A DNA stretch of 64,000 bases, taken from the NCBI GenBank assembly GCA_963737155.1, contig CAVTRN010000002.1, forward strand, positions 2,496,001 to 2,560,000, written 5' to 3'. Under the pieces are notes generated by a model, which saw nothing but the letters and a program-made list of their open reading frames with translations, did no database searches and was not told where the DNA came from. Shown here one piece after another: positions 50,447-60,904 of the stretch (position 1 is the stretch's first letter; each line of letters opens with the position of its first letter). The translations under genes were made by a program, and so were the position numbers. Source of the stretch: Nitrospirota bacterium (GTDB lineage Bacteria; Nitrospirota; UBA9217).

Positions 50447-51286
50447 ATGAAAACGACAAACATCTATCTGCCGTTCAAAACATCTGTCCGTGATGTGAAG
50501 GAAATCGCGAAGGACGTATATCTTTTCTCGATCGTCGTCCCTGACGATTTCACTTATCAGCCCGGCCAATTCGTCATGGCATCCCTGTTCGGCGTCGGCG
50601 AAGTTCCTATTTCGATTACATCCACTCCCGGCGTGAGCAGAGATCTTGAAATTTGCGTTCGCACAGTGGGACACGTTTCATCGGCCATGAACAGCCTGAA
50701 GTCGAACGATATTATTTGGATCCGCGGACCCTACGGCAGGCCATTTCCCATTAATGGGCACCAAGAGGTCCTGTTCATTTGTGGCGGCATCGGCATTGTG
50801 CCGCTCCGGCCACTTATAAATCAGATAATCAATTTGCGAACAGCCTCAGGCGGAAAAGAGATGGTGACAATAATATACGGTTCCCGAAATCCCTCTGAAG
50901 TCCTTTTCATGGATGAAATCTCCTCTTGGACGAATCTGGGTGCCAACGTTGTATTGACCGTTGATGCCTGCCAGATTGAGAGTTGGAAAGGTTGCACGGG
51001 ACTTGTAACAGACCACTTCGGCAATGCGAGAGTAGATTTCAAGAACAGCACTGCCTACATTTGCGGCCCTCATGTCATGATCCAAGCCGCGATGCGCGAT
51101 CTGTCGCTCATGGGCATGCCTGATGATCACATCATAACGACGCTCGAAGCTCACATGAAATGCGGTGTGGGAAAATGCGGTCACTGCTACTGCGGGGGAA
51201 AGCTTATCTGCGAGGAAGGGCCGATCTTCTCACTTGAGGAAATAAAAAAATACAATATCAGACCGGGCAGGGACAGCCTCGTATAA
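50447..51286 (+). CDS. AsrB / sulfhydrogenase-gamma-like FAD/NAD(P)-binding [2Fe-2S] subunit
   Basis: PGQF, GEVPISI, RGPYG, GGIG, CGP, MKCGVGKCGHC..C.EGP. Confidence 0.9.
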   Translation: MKTTNIYLPFKTSVRDVKEIAKDVYLFSIVVPDDFTYQPGQFVMASLFGVGEVPISITSTPGVSRDLEICVRTVGHVSSAMNSLKSNDIIWIRGPYGRPFPINGHQEVLFICGGIGIVPLRPLINQIINLRTASGGKEMVTIIYGSRNPSEVLFMDEISSWTNLGANVVLTVDACQIESWKGCTGLVTDHFGNARVDFKNSTAYICGPHVMIQAAMRDLSLMGMPDDHIITTLEAHMKCGVGKCGHCYCGGKLICEEGPIFSLEEIKKYNIRPGRDSLV

Positions 51287-51306
51287 TAAAAAGGCTATCT
51301 CCTGGC

Positions 51307-51612
51307 TTAATCTTCATCCTTATTAGGGCTACCAGGTTTTCCGTACCTCTCCAAGTAATCGCGGCTGAATGCTGGAATTACGCCAGCCTGGCCGTCCTGG
51401 GGATGAATCATGAAACGATAGGAAACGAGTTGGCCATAGCCTTCCATCATGTGCTCCCATCCCTTTTTGAACAAAGTGCACTCGTTATTGTAACATACCC
51501 AAAGATAGGGCGAATCCCAGTCTAGGTAACGGGAATCCATCTGCTCCATTTCATGCCTGCAGTGCGGACAGGTCGGGGCCGTGGTGACCTTCCAGTCTGA
51601 TGTATCCATCAT
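51307..51612 (-). CDS. Small zinc-finger protein
   Basis: CPHC...WVCYNNEC; RBS GGAGG. Confidence 0.7.
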   Translation of the reverse strand: MMDTSDWKVTTAPTCPHCRHEMEQMDSRYLDWDSPYLWVCYNNECTLFKKGWEHMMEGYGQLVSYRFMIHPQDGQAGVIPAFSRDYLERYGKPGSPNKDED

Positions 51613-51683
51613 AAAAACCCTCCAAAACAAATTCGACCAATATTATACGTGTCCGCAAAGTTTATTGCAACAGGAAAAGGCTT

Positions 51684-52256
51684 TCAATAATTTTCGGTCC
51701 AGAGCTCGAAAAAGCTCTTCTTATGAAGACAGGCGGGACATACATCAAGCGCATCCGTACCTTCGTGATGATAGCCGCAATTCCGGCAAATCCAGGTCGT
51801 CTTTTCGTCCTTGCTGAAAACCGTGTTCGACTCTATATTTTCAAGCAGCTTCAGAAACCGCTTCTCGTGTTCGACCTCGACCTTAGCAATATAACGGAAC
51901 GCCACGGCAACATCAGGAAAGCCCTCCAGTTCTGCCTCATCGCCGAATCCCGGATAAAGGTTCGTCCACTCCTCGTGTTCTCCTGCGGCGGCTGCCTTCA
52001 GGTTCTGGGCCGTGATCCCAATGGTGCCTGCGGGAAAGGACGCGGTAAATTCAACCATGCCTCCCTCAAGGAATTTAAAGAATCGCTTAGCATGCTCCTT
52101 TTCGTTCTCCGCCGTTTCCAGAAAAATTGCCGCTATCTGCTCATAACCTTCTTTTCTCGCCCCACTCGAGAAAAAGGTGTACCGGTTCCTTGCTTGAGAT
52201 TCGCCGGCGAAAGCTGCAAGCAGATTTTTTTCCGTTTTGGTTCCTTTCAGCCTCAT
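51684..52256 (-). CDS. rbr: Rubrerythrin
   Basis: AFAGESQARNRY, EKEH, EVEH, C-terminal CRNC..CPAC. Confidence 0.95.
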   Translation of the reverse strand: MRLKGTKTEKNLLAAFAGESQARNRYTFFSSGARKEGYEQIAAIFLETAENEKEHAKRFFKFLEGGMVEFTASFPAGTIGITAQNLKAAAAGEHEEWTNLYPGFGDEAELEGFPDVAVAFRYIAKVEVEHEKRFLKLLENIESNTVFSKDEKTTWICRNCGYHHEGTDALDVCPACLHKKSFFELWTENY

Positions 52257-52644
52257 TAATTCCTCCCTAGCATCTTTCCCGACATGCAAGCTTTAATCAC
52301 GGAATGAACAAAAACGAGTTGACTTCCCAGCTAGTACAAACATACAATATATTTCAACAGCCTGTGAGTAACTTATTAATTTTACAGAGCTACTTATACA
52401 ACATGATCACATTATTCCGCATGCTTGTAGTCCCCTGCGCATGCCACTCCAATCCTTGATTTCTGCTTGATCAAAACTTTTTCCTTGAACGCAAAGAGGC
52501 ACAAAATCCGATAATAAAATTTGCATGTGTCTCAAGTGCCTTTTTGCGGTTATTTTACCGGTGATGTATGTTCTGACCGTTAACAATTGTCTCCTCAAAC
52601 TGCTATTGTTCAATTTTATGTGTGGTCAAACAGTCACTGCACTT

Positions 52645-53784
52645 TCATGACCGGGACCGTGCTCTTAACCGATTCCTGAGGGAAGCACGGGAAAATATAA
52701 TATCTAGCCGCGCCAGCAGGCAATAGCTGAACCGCTCCTTCACCTTCTGGAAAAACGGGCGTTTCTGCCACTCGTCATAGGTAACACGGACCGATTGGGC
52801 CAAATCTGCTTCGAAATCGGCCCTCACTTTTGCCGCGAGCACCGTATCGTTCACGATAGCCACCAGTTCATAATTGAACCTTCCGCTCCGGATATCCAAA
52901 TTTGCTGAGCCGGCAATCACCGTATCGTCGGCGATTACGAGTTTCGAGTGCATCATGGAGGGAAGATACTCCCATATTTCAACGCCGCTACGGAGAAGCC
53001 TGCCGTAGAGCCCCCTGGCCGCCCAACGACTAATCGGCACGTCCGTATGCAGCGGCATCAGGAGTCTTACGCGCACACCTCGTCTCACGGCGCGCTTGAA
53101 GGCCCGCAGTATCCTTCCATGAGGATAAAAATACCCCATGGCAAGATCGATGCCGTCCACGGCATTTTCAATCGTTTGACGGTAGGCCCTGCGCACTGGC
53201 CGGGCCAGGTTGTCTGGTCCGCTTTCAAGAAACAGTATGCCGCTGTCGCTTTTCCCCTTTCGTCGGATGTTACGAAAACGTTCAATCAGTCTTCGGATCG
53301 GGGATTCTGCAATTCTCCACATATGGGAGAAAGAATTCTTCAATAAGGCGACCTCGGGGCCGGATATCTCAAGTACATTGTCGCGCCAGGGCGGTTGTGC
53401 GTGAGCCCCGCCATAGTATTCATCGGCGATATTGAGTCCGCCGGTAAACGCTACGCTATCATCGATAAGCAGAAGTTTTCGATGATTCCTGAAAGGCAGG
53501 AGCCCCTTAGTTAACGGACGAAACCAGTGCACTATGCCACCCGCAGTGCGCAACTCTTCCCAGAATGAGTCTGGCAGGTGCCAGGAACCCCAAGAGTCCA
53601 CGAGCACTCGCACAGAAACGCCTCGATTCGCGGCCTCGGTGAGATGACGACGGTATGCCCTCCCCGTTTCGTCATCCGCGATAACATACATTTCTAGCGC
53701 GATGAACAAGGCGGCCCGGTCAATAGCCGCGAACATCGCCGGGAATGCAGTTTCGCCGTTTTTGAGGAGGCGGACGGAGGTCAT
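52645..53784 (-). CDS. Phospholipase D superfamily, cardiolipin synthase ClsB-like
   Basis: Two HxKxxxxD motifs (NHRKLLLID, MHSKLVIAD); no N-terminal TM. Confidence 0.87.
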   Translation of the reverse strand: MTSVRLLKNGETAFPAMFAAIDRAALFIALEMYVIADDETGRAYRRHLTEAANRGVSVRVLVDSWGSWHLPDSFWEELRTAGGIVHWFRPLTKGLLPFRNHRKLLLIDDSVAFTGGLNIADEYYGGAHAQPPWRDNVLEISGPEVALLKNSFSHMWRIAESPIRRLIERFRNIRRKGKSDSGILFLESGPDNLARPVRRAYRQTIENAVDGIDLAMGYFYPHGRILRAFKRAVRRGVRVRLLMPLHTDVPISRWAARGLYGRLLRSGVEIWEYLPSMMHSKLVIADDTVIAGSANLDIRSGRFNYELVAIVNDTVLAAKVRADFEADLAQSVRVTYDEWQKRPFFQKVKERFSYCLLARLDIIFSRASLRNRLRARSRS

Positions 53785-53854
53785 ACCATAACACTATCAT
53801 AGACGGATACCGAGTTTACGCTCGCGTTATCCATGCCCTGCCTTGACAACGACA

Positions 53855-54328
53855 TCAGACAGCCTCGAACGTGTAATCCACCTTCATTTTCATGTCTTTC
53901 CTGAGGGTGTGATACACGGAGCAGTATTTCTCATGAGACAGGGATATCGCCCGTTCAATCTTTTTTGCGGTAAGTCCCGTGCCGGTAACAGAGATGACCA
54001 TCTCCATGGAGGTGTAATATTGGGGCGGCGTGGGGTTTCGTTCGCCCATGATATCCATCTTGTAGGTTTTGATTTCACACTTCATTTTTTTCAGAAATGA
54101 AACCATGTCGATCGCCATGCACCCTGCCACGCTCAGGAGCAGCGTTTCCGTCGGGGAGCATCCCCATTGCTGCTGGGCATCGTATTCTACCTCGTATCCG
54201 CGGTTTGTGCGGCCGAGGAAGATCAATTCCTTGTCCCAGGTGAGGGTTGCCTTATTCACCTGCGACACTTTCGATTTATACACATCGAGTGATTCTTCAA
54301 GTTCCTTCATTTCTTTATCTTCCGCCAT
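53855..54328 (-). CDS. OsmC family protein
   Basis: SPTE.LL..VAGC, KYCSV; RBS AAGGAG before 54328. Confidence 0.87.
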   Translation of the reverse strand: MAEDKEMKELEESLDVYKSKVSQVNKATLTWDKELIFLGRTNRGYEVEYDAQQQWGCSPTETLLLSVAGCMAIDMVSFLKKMKCEIKTYKMDIMGERNPTPPQYYTSMEMVISVTGTGLTAKKIERAISLSHEKYCSVYHTLRKDMKMKVDYTFEAV

Positions 54329-54412
54329 AGAACTCTCCTTCAATGTCCAAGATGGGACTTTGGAGCTTCGCTGGGGCATCGCATATATAGCTATCCCCAT
54401 GCGCCCGATCCT

Positions 54413-54736
54413 TTATTTTTCCCAGAATTTTTCCCGCAAGAATGCTAGCGCCTCGCTCTCCCTGCCGACTTCAACTTTCAGGACATAAGTCTTGATAGCG
54501 GCAGGCTCTAGCCCTAGGGAAAATGAATCGAAGGTTGCCCTGACCCCACGCGACCCGAGATAGGCCACCAGGTCCAACATGACCGAATCGTCGAACCCCC
54601 TGCCTGTATCTCCCCGAAGCACCTCAATGTATTCGATGTCTTCCTCTGCCGCAGGTTCCTCGGCCGATCCTTTCTTCCAAACGTCGCCGTAATCCCAGCC
54701 CGATTCATCCTTACTGTCGTCATTATCCCGTTTCAT
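54413..54736 (-). CDS. Acidic hypothetical protein
   Basis: Clean ORF preceded by TTGACA-17-TAATAT; no motif assigned. Confidence 0.65.
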   Translation of the reverse strand: MKRDNDDSKDESGWDYGDVWKKGSAEEPAAEEDIEYIEVLRGDTGRGFDDSVMLDLVAYLGSRGVRATFDSFSLGLEPAAIKTYVLKVEVGRESEALAFLREKFWEK

Positions 54737-55035
54737 GATCAATATTAATATTAAAGGAGAGGCCGAGTACTGTCAAATAAAAAATTCTGTTTGCTCGTTC
54801 CCGTTGCAGTGAACGAAATAAAGTCATCCCGATTGCCGCAAGATTTTCATAAACTGCGTTATAAAACTGTTTGTGGCCGTCTGTTCTCTCTCGTCTTGTC
54901 GTAATAAAAACTCTGCAAACACACAGGCTGCTGAAGAGGCCCTGATAAAATACTCAACCTAGAGAAAAGTCGGTCCCGTTGACATCCCGTTGGCATGCGT
55001 GTTGACAAGGTATTTCACATCAGATACAATTTGGT

Positions 55036-55239
55036 ATGATTGACACTATTTCCTTTCTTGCCGGTCTTAGTTTCAGCCTTCTGGTCTATGTGCTCTCCAT
55101 TAGGCCCTTGAAGGAGTCAGCATTCAGAAAGTTCGTTTATTTCTTTTTTACGCTAATTGGGATAACAGGAAGCCTGTTTCTCTTCGGGGTTCTGAGCGCC
55201 CACTTCCTGCGAAAACTCGGTTGGTGTCAATTAAAGTGA
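55036..55239 (+). CDS. Small two-TM membrane protein, probably leaderless
   Basis: TTGACA(55002)-17-TACAAT(55025-55030), ATG 5 nt later; two hydrophobic helices. Confidence 0.6.
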   Translation: MIDTISFLAGLSFSLLVYVLSIRPLKESAFRKFVYFFFTLIGITGSLFLFGVLSAHFLRKLGWCQLK

Positions 55240-56034
55240 TTTAAGTTTACCGCCGATGTACGAGATCCATGAATGCCTGATGTATGCACGCTTCAATGGG
55301 TTTTTATTACGGCAGCCGAAGAAGACCAGCATGATTCCTGCCAAGAATAGCTGGAGCACACCATATCCTTCAAGACGCGGGAAACTATGATGCCGTCATC
55401 GCGTATAGCTGCGCAGATGCCACGGAGAAAGGCGCCGTTGATACGGCAGGGCTGGTTCTGATACAACGTCTTGATCATACGTACAACGAACTCGGCGTCA
55501 ACAACAGCGAGACTTTGACGACATCGGGTCTTACCGTTTACATGACCTCTCTCGTCAGATTGTCAATGAAAACACGCTGAATGACCTGGAGCGCTCATCC
55601 ACGAATACAGCGATATATCAAACACATCGGATTTGTAACCGGTCGCCCACTTCTATCTGAGCCTTGTCGACTCGATAAAAGCCTAATCCCTCATTTAGTT
55701 CGAAATTACTGACGTTACCGGGACACTGAAACGACCTGCGACATCAATTCAAATGCTGAAACGGCCGTGTTACGACGCTGAGTTGCAGCTTTTCGATGTA
55801 TGGACATCAGTAATGGATCTCCGGGTCGGCATGTATGAGGATTATCCGACACTGGTTGTGGATTTGCGTTTGTTTCCATGTTTCCATATTCCGTGTATAC
55901 AGAGGAAATCGGCGCCTATGCCGGTCAGGACAAGAATAATAGGTAGCTTTCAACGGTGAACATAGGGTGGTAAAGAATCATGTGTGCAGACACAATGAGG
56001 CCTGCTCTTGTCGATAGGAGCAAGCTTGATTATT

Positions 56035-56421
56035 TCAATCACACATCTCCGACAGAGAGTCCCTAGCCGCATCTCTCACTCCAGGGTTCCTGTCTTTCAG
56101 GCTTTCCCGCAGCGCATGTACTGCTTCTTTGTCTTTAATGATGCCAAGCACTGATGCGGCATCTCCCCGGATCGTCGGGTTTTCGTGATGGAGCAACCCG
56201 ATAAGTCCCGGAACGGCGGCCCGCAACTCCCACCGATGCTCTTTAACCAGTTCTTCAACCAGTGCCGTCGCTCCCAATCGCACCCTGATGTTATCGCTGC
56301 CTAGCATGTCGGCGATGAACGAGTACAATGTCGAATCCTGTTTGAACAGGGCAATGATGTTGTCAAGAAATCCCCTCCCCATGTAGTCGACAAGCATTTC
56401 CTTCATTTCCGCGTCGCTCAT
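56035..56421 (-). CDS. HEAT-repeat protein
   Basis: AVPGLIGLLHHENPTIRGDAASVLG..LKDRNPGVRDAA. Confidence 0.82.
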   Translation of the reverse strand: MSDAEMKEMLVDYMGRGFLDNIIALFKQDSTLYSFIADMLGSDNIRVRLGATALVEELVKEHRWELRAAVPGLIGLLHHENPTIRGDAASVLGIIKDKEAVHALRESLKDRNPGVRDAARDSLSEMCD

Positions 56422-56496
56422 AGATGATTCATTAAAGCCGGCAAAGCGCCGATCCCCTCTTGTCTTCCCCGTAGTGTGGCGATTTAATATCTGCTT

Positions 56497-57132
56497 TCAA
56501 GCTTGGGCCTTCTTTTCTTTGAGAATATTCTTCACCCGCTTCAGTCTATAGAAAGATTCCCGCTCCCGCTCTCCTATATACTGTGTAATGGATTTTATCT
56601 CTAGCTTCAAACCCGGCAACACCATCTCTTCAAGCACCTTGATTCGCCGGGTAGTATGAACGATCTCCTCACTGAGGCGTTTGAGCTTGCTCTCATATTC
56701 GGCGAGATGAAGCATGAATTCCAGCAGCTTTTCAAAAAGCCCCGCGCTTTCCTCAAGGTGCGGCGTCGTTCCCCGTTCGTCGTAGCCCCGCTTGTCCGCA
56801 GCCCTCATCGGCACGTCGTGAAAGAGAAGATCCTTGTATCGCAGGCCCCAGATGCTTTTTTCGATTACATCTATTCCAAACTCTCGCTCTGTCGCCTTGA
56901 CAATCGATTCGACGGTATTTCTCCCTTCACGGCCAAGCGTGATTGCCAGTTCCCGAATCGCTTTTCCGTATGACTGCCTGATCTCCTCCCGGGAGCGGAG
57001 GAATGGCAAGGTGGCGGCGAGAAACTCCTTGATCAGCGCCTGTTTCCTCGCCTTGAGAATTCCAATGCTATTCACCACAGACCGGGCCTTGTCCTTCAAG
57101 AGCAGCAGGTTAGTGCGGGTCGGATGGATCAT
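56497..57132 (-). CDS. V/A-type ATP synthase subunit D
   Basis: PTRTNLL, TTRRIKVLE, ERERE.F.RLK. Confidence 0.92.
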   Translation of the reverse strand: MIHPTRTNLLLLKDKARSVVNSIGILKARKQALIKEFLAATLPFLRSREEIRQSYGKAIRELAITLGREGRNTVESIVKATEREFGIDVIEKSIWGLRYKDLLFHDVPMRAADKRGYDERGTTPHLEESAGLFEKLLEFMLHLAEYESKLKRLSEEIVHTTRRIKVLEEMVLPGLKLEIKSITQYIGERERESFYRLKRVKNILKEKKAQA

Positions 57133-57266
57133 CAAATTGCCTCAACAAAGTACAGTTCAAAGTTCAGCGTCCAGAGTTCATAATAGACGGTAGCGGTAAG
57201 AGACAACGATTATTACGATGAGTATGTTGATGTTTTTCAACTCTGAACTCTGAAGCCAATTTTTCT

Positions 57267-58598
57267 TCATACCACCACTTCAAGCAAAAATTTTTTCATG
57301 AGCGCCACTCCCGCATCGAGTGTTTCGACCACGGTCCGTTTGGTCATTCCTTGTCCCACAAAATCCCGTTCAAAAGCATCAGCAAAATCGAGCATGAGAA
57401 TGTCCGCCTGGGTCATGCCATCCCTGCCCACGATAGCTTCAAGCCTGCGCAGATCCCGGCCCTTTGCATAATATTTGTAGAGATAGTTTGAGATTTTCCT
57501 GTGGTCAGAGCGCGTATGCCCTTCGCCAATCCCTTTCTGCATCAACCTAGACAGGCTCGGAAGCACGTCAATCGGTGGGAATATGCCTTTCTGGTGGAGT
57601 TCCCGGGAGAGTACGATCTGGCCCTCGGTTATGTAACCGGTCAAGTCGGGAATAGGATGAGTAATATCGTCTTCGGGCATAGTCACGACCGGCAGCATGG
57701 TGATCGAACCTTCCTTCCCGTAAATCCTTCCCGCCCGTTCGTAAAGCGACGCAAGGTCGGAGTACATATAGCCGGGGTAGCCACGCCTTCCGGGCAACTC
57801 CTCGCGGGCAGTGGATATTTCCCTCAGGGCATCGCAATAGTTCGTCATATCCGTAATAATGACAAGAATATCCATGTCCTTTTCAAAGGCAAGGTATTCA
57901 GCAACGGTCAGTGCGAACCGTGGGGCAAGAAGCCGTTCCATGACCGGTTCGTCAGCCATATTCACGAAAGCCACGAATCCCGTCTTCATTTCCTCCAGCA
58001 CTTTCAAATAAAAGGCATATTCGTAGAAGGTTAAGCCGAGCGCCGCGAAGACCACGATGAATTTCTTCGAACTATCCGCAAGGCGGGAATTCCTCAGAAT
58101 GGCGGCTACCACCTCCTTTGATGGCAGACCCGCTGCGGAAAACACAGGGAGCTTCTGGCCCCGGACGAGCGTATTCAGACCGTCGATCGCCGAAAAACCG
58201 GTCTCGATGAAATCCGCAGGCCGCGCGCGTGCCGACGGGTTGATCGGAGACCCGGTTATCGGCTTCAGCATTTCAGGGATGAACATTGGCGCGCCATCCT
58301 TGGGCTCGAAGGATCCGTTGAAAATCCTTCCCACAATGTCCGCCGACAGAGGCACCTTCTTTATGGCATCGGTGAATGATACGGACGTCCGCTCAACGTC
58401 AAGGCCCTGTGTGCCACCGTAGGCTTCGATGAGCACCGTGTCTTCATCGATTTCGAGTACCTCGGCTTCCATGTCCCGGCCATCGGGTGTATGGATCGTC
58501 ACGACCTCCCCGATCCTTGCGCTGAAAACTTTCTGCACGAACAGGAGTGGACCGGCTACGGTTGATATAGTGCGGTATATATGTTCTGAAAGTCGCAT
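57267..58598 (-). CDS. V/A-type ATP synthase subunit B
   Basis: [44 protein letters not shown]. Confidence 0.95.
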   Translation of the reverse strand: MRLSEHIYRTISTVAGPLLFVQKVFSARIGEVVTIHTPDGRDMEAEVLEIDEDTVLIEAYGGTQGLDVERTSVSFTDAIKKVPLSADIVGRIFNGSFEPKDGAPMFIPEMLKPITGSPINPSARARPADFIETGFSAIDGLNTLVRGQKLPVFSAAGLPSKEVVAAILRNSRLADSSKKFIVVFAALGLTFYEYAFYLKVLEEMKTGFVAFVNMADEPVMERLLAPRFALTVAEYLAFEKDMDILVIITDMTNYCDALREISTAREELPGRRGYPGYMYSDLASLYERAGRIYGKEGSITMLPVVTMPEDDITHPIPDLTGYITEGQIVLSRELHQKGIFPPIDVLPSLSRLMQKGIGEGHTRSDHRKISNYLYKYYAKGRDLRRLEAIVGRDGMTQADILMLDFADAFERDFVGQGMTKRTVVETLDAGVALMKKFLLEVVV

Positions 58599-58674
58599 AG
58601 TGAACCTCAAAAGTCAGAGGACATCTGGCATGTAACAGACACTGTGTGTGTTTTAAATCCTCACCCCTCTTTCC

Positions 58675-60303
58675 TTATTTCTCCCCCTCTGCTTTTATTG
58701 CATCGTCCAGCATCATCCCTTCTTTTATTTTCCCTAATGCCCGGTCGTGGTCTTCAACGATGCTCTTGATGAGAGCCAGCGTTTTTTCCGGCGGCGAAAA
58801 TCCATCTTCGCTGTAAGCATTCTGCTGAAGAAACTCCGTCCGTATGCGCTCTGCCGTATGCATCAGCAGTCGGTCCGCATCCTGCAGTCCTTCCGCGCCC
58901 ACGATTTCCGCCACTTCCCTGAGCGATTCCTCCTGCTGAAGAACCTGCCGACACCGAGCCAGCATTGCATCCCATTCCGTGGATATTTTTCCCCGATAAT
59001 GGGCGGCAACCTCTCCGGCGTAGAGCGAATAGCTCTGAAACCAGTTGATAGCAGGGTAGTGCCTGCGGTGTGCCAGTGAAGTGTCGAGCATGAGAAACGC
59101 GCCGGTGGTTCTCAGGCAAGCCTGCGTAACGGGCTCGGTAAAATCGCCGCCTGGCGGAGATACCGATAGAATCATGCTGAGCGATCCGATCTTGCCACTC
59201 AGGGTTTCCACAACACCCGCTCGCTCCATAAAGCCGGACAGTCGAGAGGATAGATAGGTCGGGTATCCTTCTTCTCCCGGCATTTCCTCGAGCGAGGCCG
59301 AGATCTCTCGAAGCGCCTCGGCCCAGCGAGAAAGGCTGTCCGCAAGGAACAGCACATGATATCCCATATCACGGTAGTACTCAGCCATGGTGACGGCCGT
59401 ATAAATAGAGGCCTCGCGGGCGGCAACAGGCATATTAGACGTGTTGACCACGAGAACGGTACGATCCCGAAGCGGCCGTTTTGTCCAAGGATCCCGCAAT
59501 TCCTCGAATTCAGCGATCATGTCCGCCATTTCGTTGCCGCGCTCTCCGCATCCAACGTAGACCACAATGTCGACATCAGCGAATTTCGCCACTGACTGTT
59601 CAAGGATGGTTTTCCCGGTGCCGAAGCCGCCGGGAAAAATCGCCGTCCCGCCCCGAGCCAAGGGGAAGAGAAAATCGATGCTTCGCTGGCCCGTGATGAG
59701 CGGATCGACAGGCGCCAACTTCCTTTGGAAGGGTCTTGCTATGCGCACTGGCCACTCATGACAGCCGGGAATTTCCATCCCATTGGAGTAATCGCCGAGC
59801 GGTTCATCAAGGCTGATACTTCCGGCAACAATCCTAGCTATGGTCCCGGACTCGTTGGGCCCGCTCATGATGGAATGCTGGAACTGTCCCTCCTGAACCG
59901 TCCCGAGGACCTGCCCGGGACGGACTACATCGCCGTTTTTTAGCACAGGAGCGAATTCCCAGCGCTTCATGTAATCAAGGGCATACATCTCCCTGCTCCC
60001 CGTTATGAAGGGCCCCATTTCTTCCTTGAGCCGTTCAAGAGGACGCTGAAGACCATCGAACATACCGCCGAGGAGGCCAGGCCCCAATCGTACCGTAAGC
60101 GGCATCCCCACACCTTTTACCGGCTCGCCTGCCGCAAGGCCGCGTGTGTCCTCGTAAACCTGAACCACAGCCAGATCCTTTTCTATCCTCACCACTTCCC
60201 CCGTGAGCATGGCATGCCCCACATAAACGCGTTCGTACATTTTGAGCCCTTTTAGATCGACGCTCACGGTAGGTCCTGATAAGCCCAGTATCTTTCCGAT
60301 CAT
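58675..60303 (-). CDS. V/A-type ATP synthase subunit A
   Basis: GGFGTGKT, GCGERGNEM, NTSNMPVAAREAS, EEMPGEEGYP. Confidence 0.96.
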   Translation of the reverse strand: MIGKILGLSGPTVSVDLKGLKMYERVYVGHAMLTGEVVRIEKDLAVVQVYEDTRGLAAGEPVKGVGMPLTVRLGPGLLGGMFDGLQRPLERLKEEMGPFITGSREMYALDYMKRWEFAPVLKNGDVVRPGQVLGTVQEGQFQHSIMSGPNESGTIARIVAGSISLDEPLGDYSNGMEIPGCHEWPVRIARPFQRKLAPVDPLITGQRSIDFLFPLARGGTAIFPGGFGTGKTILEQSVAKFADVDIVVYVGCGERGNEMADMIAEFEELRDPWTKRPLRDRTVLVVNTSNMPVAAREASIYTAVTMAEYYRDMGYHVLFLADSLSRWAEALREISASLEEMPGEEGYPTYLSSRLSGFMERAGVVETLSGKIGSLSMILSVSPPGGDFTEPVTQACLRTTGAFLMLDTSLAHRRHYPAINWFQSYSLYAGEVAAHYRGKISTEWDAMLARCRQVLQQEESLREVAEIVGAEGLQDADRLLMHTAERIRTEFLQQNAYSEDGFSPPEKTLALIKSIVEDHDRALGKIKEGMMLDDAIKAEGEK

Positions 60304-60367
60304 AAGAAATATTTTCCTTAGATGCCTGTTCTGGTATCGTTGCACATCTCATCAAAGGGATTCGATG

Positions 60368-60688
60368 TCATATCTTAAGCCTTACATGATATCCGATCGC
60401 TCTTCTGATGAGGCGCGCCGCATAATCCTCGACTTCAAAGAGAGACTTCACAGGGGACGGAAGCACCAGGAGAATCCCGTGCCAGATATTTTCAAGCTCG
60501 CGAAGCCGGTCCTCCGCCATGCCGGAGATCAGGCGTTCCTCAATGATGACGAGTCCATTCTCGGCCTCGGCCATAAGCTTTTTAAGGGTCTCCTCTGCTT
60601 CATTAGTATTCACCACATGCTGCGAGACACCGCTCAGACCGAACCCATACTTCACGTCAGGAGGCGTTAAAAAGGCTACCTTCTTCAT
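60368..60688 (-). CDS. V/A-type ATP synthase subunit F
   Basis: GFGLSGV, LIRRAIG; position before subunit A. Confidence 0.88.
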   Translation of the reverse strand: MKKVAFLTPPDVKYGFGLSGVSQHVVNTNEAEETLKKLMAEAENGLVIIEERLISGMAEDRLRELENIWHGILLVLPSPVKSLFEVEDYAARLIRRAIGYHVRLKI

Positions 60689-60904
60689 CAGGGTCTCCCC
60701 AGGATCGGCAGCACCATACTAAATAGTAACCACTGAAAGCGCAGAGAAAACCGATATATCAGGAACGACTCTATATCCCGGATTTCCTTCCGCTCCTGCC
60801 TATTTCCTGTTCCGTACGATTCCATCCATCGCCTGATCCGCATTTTCAGCTTTCACTGCGCCCCCTATTCTTTTACGGAATTGGCTCCCCATCTCGCGCC
60901 ATCA

